Position numbers and translations under genes: made by a program. Shown piece by piece: positions 12,487-24,400 of a stretch of 40,743 nt of DNA. The DNA comes from Octopus bimaculoides (taxonomy: Eukaryota). Position 1 is the stretch's first letter, and each line of letters opens with the position of its first letter. The notes beneath the pieces are model-generated. The model saw nothing but the letters and a program-made list of their open reading frames with translations. It made no database searches and was not told where the DNA came from. The DNA is taken from positions 114,977,647 through 115,018,389 of the forward strand of contig NC_068981.1 of the NCBI RefSeq assembly GCF_001194135.2, written 5' to 3'.

Positions 12487-15400
12487 TCTCTCTCTCTCAC
12501 TCTCTCTCTCATTAATTAGAGCATCTGAAGGAGTTAAACACAGAAAAGGTATATGGTATAAGTTATTAGATTGTTGAAATGCTGTTTAAAATGAAATCAA
12601 CAGTATTGATTAAGAGGAAAACAACCCGGTGTGATTTCTTTTTACTTTCTTCAAGCCCATAGGAGGATTTGAACTCACTTTTCTGCTAAGTACCTACACA
12701 TGGTATTTATTTTCAGCTAGATAGACCCGTTATTGAAACTTCAGTCATTTTGCAAAGGACATTTTGTAGTGCTGATATTCCCTAGCATTCCAAATCAGTT
12801 TATATTTTCAGATGTGACCATGAGCAAGTCCAGTCCTAATTGTTTTACTTGTCGCTTCCCTGTGTCAAATAATACTACACTCTATGCATTATATGTGGTG
12901 TATTATATATATATTAACAAGTTGTTTTAAACTATGGTATTGACAACAATAGCAATAATGATAATTTTCAGAAACAGATTGGAGTCGAAAATTTTGAAAA
13001 TATTTCTATTCAGCCCAATCATTCATCTTTATGACTATTTTGCTTTTATACCAACATAGGTCTATGTAAACTTTAAACAAAGGAAAAAGTGTACAAACTG
13101 TATAAAATTAGGGCATAACTATAATATAAATATAATAATGGACATTTAGGAAGTCACATAATATATTGTAATATTTTACTAAGAACTAAATCGGTGAGCT
13201 GGCAGAATCGTTAGCAAACCAGGCAAAATGCTTAGTGGCATTTTGTCTGCCCTTACGTTCTAAGTTCAAATTCCACTGAAGTTGACTTTGCCTTTCATCC
13301 TTTTGGGGTTGATAAAATAAGTACCATGTGGAGCACGGGTTGGAGTAATTGACTTACTCCTTCCCCCTAAACTGCTGGCTCTGTGCCAAAATTTGAAATC
13401 AAAATTTTGTTAAGAACTCAGTTTATATGGTGATATTTAAACAATTTTACATTTCACTGATTTTTATCTGTACTGTCATAACATTTTTGTAGTTTTCAGT
13501 TATATTAGTTATGGAAGTAAAAGTTATATTAGGGTACTGAAAAATTATGCCGCATTTCATGTATATTTATCAGCATAAAACATTGTAAATATATTTGTTC
13601 ATTTAGCGAGAATCATCTGCTGTGGGCATTGGAACTGTTAGATAACGTGATTTTAGTCTGCCCTTTCGCTTCAGTGACAGATGTCTGGTAGCCACACCCA
13701 ACCAAATCTTGCTACCAGCAGTATATGTAATTTCAGTGCCCATTCAGGCACTGATGTTGCAATTAGCTAAGAGGCTTATTAAAAAAATTAAACCTGCAGT
13801 AGACGATGCGCATCTGCCAGTGGTATAAATATGTGTGCTTTTATGCATCATGCATCCATATGAGAGGTCCTCTCAAGGTAAATAAAGCAGCATTCAGCAC
13901 TCTAACAATACTTCCTTCCATGTTAAGTTGGATATAAAGATCTCCTTTTGATATTAATACTGCTTCTGTCACTGACAATTGTTTTAATAAGTCCGCTGGC
14001 TATTTGCAACATCAGTGCTGGAAAAGACACTGAAATTGTGTATATTTTTGGTAGCGAGATTCGGCTGGTATGTGTCTACCAGGTGTCTGCTACTGATGAA
14101 ACCGGGCAGGTTGAAATCACATGATTTGACCATTCTGCCTGTAGCTTACAATACTCATCTTCCAATGACATAAACATATGTGCTTTTATGCATCATGCAT
14201 CCATATGAGAGGTCCTTTTAAGGCACTCTAACAATATATCCATGTTAACTTGGATATAAAAGATTGCCTTTTGCTACTAATGCTGCTTCTGTAGCTGATA
14301 ATTAATTATTTAAAGTGATTTATGATTTCTTTACAAAATATAATTCCTTGTCCTGTTAATATTTGTTTCAAATATTTCTTTTTATTAACACCATATTTTC
14401 TTTTTCTTCACATTCTAGACGTGGAAATGATGATCTTGGAGACCATTATCTTGATATGGGTGATTTGTGTAATGCATTAAAATGTTATTCCAGAGCACGA
14501 GATTATTGTACCAGTCCAAAACATGTTGTGAACATGTGTCTCAATGTTATCAAGGTATTGTTTTCCCTTTGGAATATTGGTTTGTGTTCTATAAAGATAA
14601 ACACTTTAAGTTTATACTATATGTACTATATTATTATTGAAATTTAATTTAGTTATATAATTCATTATTATTATTGTTATTGTTAATAAAAGTTAATTTT
14701 GATATTTGCCAGTAATCATCATATTATCACTATTTCCATTCCAAGTACTAAATAACATAACTTTCCTACTGCTTCTAGCAAACTATTTGAGCAGTCTCTT
14801 CTATGGCTGTTTTGTCTGCTGGTCCACAAAATCTATCATTTGATCAATAACTGATTTCAGTTTGAAATATGTTCATACATGTTGAGTCTATCCCAAATTG
14901 TTCAATTTTATGAGTTGTAGGATTAACATTGGAATAAATGAATCTTAAAATATTGTACAGGCAGGATTATTGAGCCTACCCAAAACAATCATTTGTAGTA
15001 TTATTTATTAAAATGTGAGAATCACTGCTGCATTCCTTGACTGACTGTCATTTCATCATCTAAGAGTATCTTTTAGGTTTGCTAGAGAGAGTAAATGACA
15101 TGTTTTACTCCACTTATTTATTGTATAATGAAATGTTTGTTTTTCCATATAAATGACTTTTGCGTTTGTTTCTATTAACTTTGTTTCACAGGTTAGCGTC
15201 TATTTAGAAAATTGGTCACATGTTATCAGTTATGTACAGAAGGCAGAGAGCACTACTGGACGTACTGAGGTAAAGCTGTTGGCTTTTTTGCTTTGTGACT
15301 GATGCTTTTAGAGAAATGTATTTTAAAATCTAGTAGATTTGTCAAAATTTCACTACATTGCTTCCTTATAAGCTGCATTTTATAATTGTTCCAATTCTCT

Positions 15401-18400
15401 TTGCTTAAAAGCACAAGCTAAATTTATTTCCAAGTGCAAATAAGCCAGTGATAAAAAAAAAAAAAAAATCCAAACACTAATTTTAAGACATACAACTATG
15501 GAAAGAAAATCCCCACTACTACTGTTGTTGTTACTACCCTTTGTTTCTGGTACTTAAAGGTTGGACACCATCAAGATTACATCATTGATATTAGCTCTCT
15601 TTTTCTTTGAAAATAACTGTATGACCAAAAATGACATTGAAGTGACATCTCTTAATAGTGTCATTTTGTGTGTAAGGGTGAGGTATTTTGCCACCTATTT
15701 ACATACATTTTACTCCAGTAAGCATCGCATTTAGGCACCACCCAATTTTCTTTCATTAATATACTCATGTATTAAACTTCCCCTTAATGGGTTTAATCTA
15801 AGTTATTTCTGCCAACTCCTTTTATAATGCTATATCTACTAAATAGCGCTTAGCTATTTAGTAGATATAGCATTTGACCTCTAACCCCTGTAACATGGAC
15901 CAAAGCATTAAACCCACCGCAGCCTGTGGAAATTCCTCCTGAGTGTGACTTTATTCATCTACTTACCACAGGATGGAATACCATGGATTATATTAACACC
16001 TTAATTGAAGTCCTTACCTTAACTCTTCTTACTATGTCTATCGCATTATTTTATTTTATTTTACCCTACTCTATTTTTTAACTGACTTTCACATATGTTA
16101 GTTCCCTAACATTTGGACCCTCTGAAGAAGCCTAGGGGCACATCCATTATCCAAACTCTATCCAGTGTCTGTTCATCCCTGTATATCACTGACGTGAATA
16201 ACTTAGAAGTTTTTGTTGCCTCATGGTAGAAACGGTCATAAGGGATTAGTACCTGTACACACATCTATTATTATTCATTTGTTTCTACATATATGTGTGT
16301 GTGTGTATGTATGTATATATATATCTGTTTATGCAGTTATTGACTTATCTCATTTGTTAATTTTTATCACTCACACACGTTTGTAATCATTTAATAAATA
16401 GATATAATTGAATTTTTACTGGCTGATGTTTGTCGATTGTATATCCTCTCTATTTTCTTATTTGCCTTATATATATATATATATATGTCTATATATATAT
16501 AGGGTCATCCCATAAACAATGCGGTTTTTTCAATTGCATAAACTAAAGTCAGAGGGGGACAGGATAAAATACCTGCAGCAATTTGCTATGTACTTATTCT
16601 TAGTGCAAGTTTTGAGGTGTACAATTCCATTTTAATCAATTTTTCAAAGCTATAATAGAAGTGACAAAACAACATATTTTGCATTATGAGATCAGTAAAG
16701 GCATCAATGCATCGGAAAGTGCGAGGAATATTAATGCAGTATATGGGGATTGGACAATAACTGTAAGACAGTGTCAGCGGTGGTTCCAGAAATTCCAAGC
16801 TTGAAATTACAGCCTAGAAGACAAGCCTTGTCCTGAAAGATCTATAGATTTCGACGAGGATGTCCTGCAAACCCTGTTGGAACAAAATCCCATCGTAACT
16901 GTTGAGGAACTAGCAGAAAAGCTTGGATTTGGTCATTCAACCATTCATCGATACCTGTGTACCATTGGAAAAGTGAGCAAATTGGGTCAGTGGGCTCCTC
17001 ACAAACTTTCTGAGTTTAATCGCGAGCAGAGAGTGAATGTGTGTTCTTCTTTGCTGTCATGTCTCATGAATGAATCTTTTTTTGGACCGAATAGTGACTG
17101 GTGACGAGAAATATGTTCTCTATAAAAATATCAAGCTCTGAAGACAGTGGATGGGGGAAAGGAGAAACACTCGCACCCCAGGCTAAAAAAAGGTCTTCAC
17201 CATGTAAGATGTTATTATCAGCTTGGTGGGATGTGAAAGGTTTAGTCCACTTTGAACTTTTAAACCCAAACCAAATGATAACAAAGGAGACCTACTGCAC
17301 ACAGCTTGATTGGCTTAAGTCAGCGCTAGAAGGAAAATGATCATCTTTCGTTTCAAAACGAAAGGTATTCTTCCCTCAAGATAATGCTCGGCCACATACA
17401 GTGAGAATGACATTCCAAGGCTGGAGCAGTTTGAATGAGAAACAATGCCCCACCCACCATATTCACTGGACATGGCCCCATCTGATTATCATTTATAATG
17501 CAGTCTTCAAAATCATTTGGACAGAAAATATATGAATTCTGTAGACGAGGTCAGAACAGTATTGGAGGAACATTTTTCTTCACAGACATGTGTATTTTGG
17601 AAGAAGGGCCTTACAAGTGTGCCAGATAGATGGAAAAGCATTGTAGAAAATGAAGGAAAGTATATTTTAAATTAAAAAAACGAAATTTATTTATTTTAAT
17701 TTTGAGAAATATAAGAAGTATAAAAAGACTGCATTATTTATGGGATGACCCAGTATATATACACTTCATTTATTGTATTTTTAATTGCCTTCCTGAGAGG
17801 GAGTACATGGTGACCACTATCATACTTTATGGAAACCACCAACAGGATCTCGTTACTATCTATAAAAAGCATTTTGATTGGTGGGAGGAGGGAATTTATT
17901 CCATGTTGAGTTACATTCACAAAAAGTAAAATGGATGGCCAATTCAAAATGAACCTTGTAAGAAATTTTTATTCTATGTAAATTACTAATCCTTGTCTTC
18001 TGTTTCAGTCATTTTATTGTTTATTTAAAGGAGAAATGCTATTGTTTCCTGGCATTTTTTTCAGAAGGAGGTGGATCCAGTTGTACAGACAAAGTTGAAA
18101 TGTGCGGCTGGACTTGCTGACTTAGCTACGGGCAAATACAAATCAGCTGCTAAAAATTTCTTGCAAGCTTCTTTTGATAATTTTAAATATCCTGAGGTAA
18201 TTGTTTTATCTATAAATGGGCATGTATTTATATACACACAAATAGATTGCTGTCGTGTAATCCTGATTTTTATTTTTACTACCATTTATTAATTGTATAA
18301 GATACGTGCATATTTATAGAAGTATGTGGAATACAACAGATTGGAATTATTTTGAAGATTTGCGTCACTTTCAAATCAGTTTTCAGTTTAAAATTTTATA

Positions 18401-21400
18401 CCATCTTTAATTTTATTTTCTCAAGAGTTATTTCTCTTTAACATGAGTTACGCCTCTTAGATGAATTCTTTTTTTTTTTTTTTCTGAATGCTTGTTAAAT
18501 TTGGTTTATTTTTTGATACTTTTCAAGCTGTTATCTTCAAGCAATGTTGCCACTTATGGAGCCTTGTGTGCTTTGGCTTCGTTTGATCGACAAGAACTTC
18601 AAAAAAATGTCATCTCTAGTAGGTAAGTATATATCTAGAAAATATTCTATATACTTCTAATAAATTTTTTCATTGATTTGTCTAATGAAGCTTAGTTTTC
18701 TTTACGTGGAGATGACAAGTGTTGTTACACAGGGGCTAAGCTCATGACAAGATGTGTTTAGGTTTAACGTCTTAACATACATCTATCTAACCCCTTATGT
18801 CAAGAGGTTGGATCAGAGGATGTATGTTGCTGTTCATGATAGGTCTAGAAATTTTTTTTTAATTGGGCAACTGTATTGTTTTAGTGCAAAATTGTTTAAT
18901 TAAAAAAACTATTCAGTAATTCAAATAAATATCATCTTAATACTCTCATTTGAACGGAAATTGATGTTATCTGAATGCAGCCTGTTGGAATACCTTGATG
19001 TTAATGATAAAATATGGACAAAGGAAGAAATTCTAGAAGTTCCTTAGTCTATTTTTGCTTGGTTTCTACTGCTCGATGCTCTAATGCCAATTACTTTACA
19101 GAGTGTATTGAGTGGTTTTTACACGACACCATCACCAGTGCTTTTTATGTGGCATCTTGATTTTCGGATATCACCTCTGTTGTGGTGGGCAAGTCATCAT
19201 GAGTACAGCAGTGTTCTACATATCTTGGTCCTCTGTCATCTCCTTTGTAAGCTTAGTGTTTTGAGATACGCCTTCAATACTTTGTTCCATGTTTTCCTGG
19301 GATTCCCTCTTCCACAACTTTCCTCCACTTTAAGTGATCCACACTTCTTTATGCAACTGTCCTCATCCATCCTCATCACATGACCAGTGCAGTCTCTTCT
19401 CTTGCACACTCTTATGTGTCCAACTTTTCTTTCAATACACTGTGCTCTGCACACTTAAAAATTCTTCTGTATATGTTCTCTTAACTATTGTTTTGGCAAA
19501 CTTATTTGAAAATTGTGTGTTTGACTGTATACCTTAGTCTGTATTAAATAATGTTATTGTCTCTATTCTGGAATTTTAATTATAAAGTTTATGCATTTTT
19601 ATCAATTTTCCATTAAACATCTTGTTTACATTGCAGCTCTTTTAAGTTATTTTTGGAATCTGATTCTCAGCTACGTGATATTTTACATATGTTTTACCAA
19701 TCGAAATATGATTCCTGCCTTAAACTGCTAGATGAGATTAAAGTAAGTGCATCGTTGCTATTTTCTGAGCTTTATTTTTATCAATTTTGATAGATGCTTG
19801 TCTATGTAAATATCTGAAATAGCTTAATCTGGAAATTCTTAATGTACACAGTTTAAAGTATTTGATTACTGATGCAGGACGTCAATGCTTGGCCTTTCAC
19901 ATGGGCCTTGTTTGTTTTACACATGGGAAGTATGGAAACGTTGTATTAAATTTTTTTGTGGGCCAATGAACTAAAAGTTAATCATCTTTCGAAAGAGCAT
20001 ATTACTTTGAAAACATTAACAATTTGTTGTAGAAATATAAAATATATAATATTTTAGTGATACGAAATGAACCCATCAGTTAGTGGTTTTAGTTCATTAG
20101 TTTCTATTATATGTGTGTTTGTGAGATTTGCTACTTAATGATTTTGTTATTGATTTTTTTGATTTTTAGAACACATTGTTACTGGATATGTATTTAGCCC
20201 CTCATGTAAAAGCACTTTATGTTCAAATTCGGAACAGAGCATTATGCCAGGTAAATATGATTTTATTTTAATATATTGCGTGATTTTAAGTATATTATTT
20301 GTTAAAAAATGTTAGAAATGTTTATACAATTTAATATTGCTCACTTAAAAAATTACAATATTAATTGTACAGATAGAACCATTATTAGATTAAGGTACTA
20401 ACAGATGATCCCTTTCAGTTTACCTGTTTTGTAGTTATTATTTAATTTCTTGCTTTCAAGTAGTAACCATCCTACATTCTTGCTTATCAAGGACTACATT
20501 ATCAAATGCATCCTGTTTTATATAAAATGATAGGAAGTGATTTGAGGTTGATTTGGCTGCTATTTCTTGCAAGTTATGTGCAAAGAGGCTTCATTCTTGA
20601 TTCATAGTTGATTTGTTTGGTGTACAAAGAGTATCCAACTATACAATTATTCAAGAAACATGCAAGTATTCAAATTTGAGCCAGCTGTCTCTTCCTGCCA
20701 GTTCCCATTCTTAGATGGAACAAAGATCGTAGAATGATAAAAGAAAATGTAAGGTTTTGTTTTAAAAGTTTATTTTGTACACTTACCATTCAGTTGAGAG
20801 TGAAATTCAAAGAAGATTTTTCTGTAGTTTTCTGTTACTTTCTCAGATGATGATGATGATGTAGGTGACTAGTAATTAAGTTTAGTTAGTCTCTGGCTAC
20901 TTTGAACATTATAATTTGGATTTTGGAAGTAACATTTGAGGGTATCTCTACCTGGTTGTGTAAATCTCAAGTATAAAAACATAGAAATGCTCAAATTTAA
21001 TACCTCTGGCAGAATTTGAACTTGCAAAAATTGTGACATTTCACATGTTTGTCATAAAAAGAAGTTATAATTTGATTAAAAGTTTATATATATGTTATCC
21101 CAGATAATTTTGTTTGAAAACAACTAATATTTCTTTGTTTTCCTATATTAATTTATCACCATCATCTATTTACTTTCCATGTTGGCAATTGGTTGAATTA
21201 GTTATCATGGTCTGAGCCTGTTCTCATTTGAAGATTCTCTTTTTTTTAGATGAGTCAGAAACATCTTACTTGTGTTTAATTTTTGGTTTGGTCTCTATGG
21301 CTGCATGCTCTTCCTAACACCAACCACTTTACAGAGTGTATTGGTACATTTTGCTGTGGCATCAGCACAAGTAGTAAGGTTGCCTTTTCTATGGTGAGTG

Positions 21401-24400
21401 CAAAGAGTCTCTTCATTCAAAGTAGCATGACCAAAAGGATGAATAGAAGAGAAATTATGATGATGACTGTAATGAGTGACAAGGAAGTGGATAATGAGAG
21501 CATGCAGGAGAGACTGATGGTTAGTAATAATAATGAAGAATGATGATAGATGGGGATTGAATACAAACAGATCTGATGCTATCTTTTGTTACACAAATGG
21601 TATGTGGGAATGAGGTAGATGAGAGGATGAAGAGTTGGTAGTAATGGAAGGGAGAGTGATGGGCAGCTACATATTGGTTGCTGGTGAAGGGATTGAATTG
21701 AAAAACATTACGAGCAGCATGATAGGGGAAGATTGTGTGTGATAGGAGGTAATAGTTAGAGAGAGTGATGGCTGTCAATAGTGAATGATAAGGTAGTGAA
21801 CAAGTAATGGAGAGGGAGAGAGAGATGGTTCACAATAGAGAATGGTAATAGAAGGTGGAGATTGAACACAGACAGTCAGTGCCATTGATATGTTGATGGC
21901 TTCACAGGAGAAAAGTAGAAAAATCATAGATGTGGCATATAATGATAGGAGAAATGATAATGATGTTGTCAGCACTGTAAATGAAGACTTAACTGGAATA
22001 TAATAGGTACGTAACTCAAATGTAGATGTATATTCTGACCGTCATGACCATCATTTTATTGTGTTTTGCTGTTCTTGTGTGCATAAGCAGGTCTTCTCCA
22101 GCATCATATGTAGCCACTCTTTGTAGTCCTTTGTCATTTCCTTTGTGAGGTTCAGTTTCTTGAGATTAGTGTGTATTGCTCCATCACATGTCTTCTAGGT
22201 CTCTTTCATTCATGGGTTCAACCTCTTGGAGCACTCAACACTTGATACAACTAACATCCTCCATGTGCATCAGCAGAATTCCTCTGTCTTGCCCATTGTG
22301 TCCGATTTCTCTAACATCCATCTTTTCTTTTTGTTCATATGCACTAGCATTATATTTCCAGCTTAGCATACTCCACTTTTCACTAGCATTTACATATTCT
22401 CCATAAAAGTGCACATCTTGCTACCTTGTAATCATTGCACATCATACAGAAACATTATGCAGTTTACCCTTTACTCTGAGAAAGAAACTCGTTGTTGCCA
22501 GCAGAGATATGAATTGTCTGAACTGTCATTACCTTGTTTTCACTCATACTACAATGCTTTTGGACCATCCTCCTTCACTGTTAAACAGGTCAGCTTGGTT
22601 AGTAAAATTAAAAAGTGATCTTTCTGTACAAGTTACATCCTGGATGTGTATTTTTGTGAGAATAAATAATGGTTGTAATTTTAATTCTTGGTTAACTGTT
22701 GGAAAAAATCTGGGATACGGAAGTTGTTAATGTGGAAGATTAACTGTATGAAATAAGCTCAATCAGTGTGTAGCTACTCTGGATGTTTATATTAAATTTT
22801 AGAGGTGTGTATGAGTGTCTAATCTTTAACAATGTTATTGTATTTGAAACATTGGTTTGTTCAGATCATCAAATTAGGAGACTCCTCACATCAAAGAAAT
22901 TGTTCATGATCACATAAACTAAATTGAATGAAATTAGCTGTAACATGTAACTTTATTTGCATAGAATAACATTTACACATCAATAAACATTCATAGTTTT
23001 ACGTAGTTTTTAAGTATTTTGTCAGAATTCATAATGCTTGAAGTATGCCTATAGATTTTCTTTACCTCTTATACTTACTACTTATTTTATCTATTACAAA
23101 AGTTCATACTGAGATATTTTTGTTGCCTAGTTATTAAAAAGTTATACAAAGGGTAATGGAAACAAATTTAGTTCCAACTGGTAGTTAAGTACTTGACTTT
23201 TCTTTATAAGATACTGTTGAAATATTCTCAGACAGCTTTACACAGCCAAATTATCTTACTGCTGTTAGTTGCCCTTTACTGCAAAAGTTATCTACATATT
23301 ATATTAGAACATTGTGTTAGTTTATTGTGCACATTTTTATTAAAAAAAAAGTGTAATCCATTTACTATTTTTGCACAGATATGCCTGTATGGTTGAAAAG
23401 TTTGCTTTCCAACCATGTGGTTTTGGGCTCAGTCCCACCGCATGACACCTTGGTCAAGAGTTTTCTGCTATAACCCTAGGCTGACCAAAACATTAACTAG
23501 ATTTAGTTAGATGGAAATTGAAGAAGCCTGTATGTGTGTGTGTGTGTGAATTTGTATTTCCCTCATGTTTACTGGTTTGCAAACAATGGCTTCCCGACAG
23601 TGTTGCTTGCAGTTCACTGCAAAAGGATATTCAGGCTTCTTGATATGTGCAAACAAAAGACTCATCAAATAGTATTGTTTGTTTCCAGTTCTCTGTATAA
23701 AACATGTCCAGGCTGTTTGTTATTTGATACTATGTACTTCACATGAAAACAAGTGGGAGTTGGCCACAAGGAGAGTATCTAGCCTTAGAAAACTCTCCCT
23801 CAGCATATTCACATCTGACCCATGCAAGCATGGAAAAGTACACATCAAAAATGGTGGGGGTGTGGTGGCTGCATTGTTGTATGCTTTAAAAAATATGAAG
23901 ATTGTTTACCAAAGATTCTTTGTTGTTATCTGCTTTTCTTAATATAAATTATTCTCATTGCTGTGTCCCATATTATAAACCTGAGGTAAATTCCTGATGA
24001 GATGATCTTGTCATCCAGTCTCATAATTCATGTTGTTAAAACTAATAAGTAAAATATGGCAATTACAATTTCCTACTCTTTCTAATACTTTGAAACTTAT
24101 AAAAGGAATTACCTCCATTGTTAATATTATCATTGTTATGAAGGTGATGTACTTGGCACAAAGCGCTACATCAAGATAATTTATGAGATCAAATTTGGTG
24201 TGTCCAGATTCTGAGTTCAAAACTGATGCTAGCCTTGTTTTTATTCTCCCAGCATATCTTTTATGCACAAACTGTTCACAAATAGAATAATTTTTTTTTT
24301 TTTTTGTGAGGATGTGATCTAGTGTTTGGATAGGACCCTTTATATAGAGAATATGTATATGCATATATATATATATATGTATATAATCAAAATAAGCAAC

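Larger units (their letters stand above)
13596..14315. mobile_element. HHR-bearing element: inverted copy plus 345-nt unit plus partial tandem copy (PLE pLTR / retrozyme-like)
   Basis: Inverted arms about 13596-13790 and 13976-14170, with a perfect 15-bp pair at 13748-13762/14004-14018. Direct repeat at offset 345 with 38 identical nt at 13834/14179. Confidence 0.75.

Noticed and set aside
15690-15810. Possible PLE endonuclease C-terminus (PLNGFN, similar to P.GLN)
   Set aside because: Only a few residues match, across frameshifts; insufficient without a profile search.
23990-24030. CTGATGA followed by a 5-bp stem (gatga/tcatc)
   Set aside because: No GAAA follows the stem and there is no stem I or III, so it is not an HHR as it stands.
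24011-24364. 117-aa minus-strand ORF with [10 protein letters not shown], reminiscent of a GIY-YIG (YIG.T.R.L) endonuclease next to an HHR
   Set aside because: No CxxC, no first GIY-like motif, and no RxxEH. It also lies downstream of the HHR rather than upstream. An HMM search against PF01541 would be needed.
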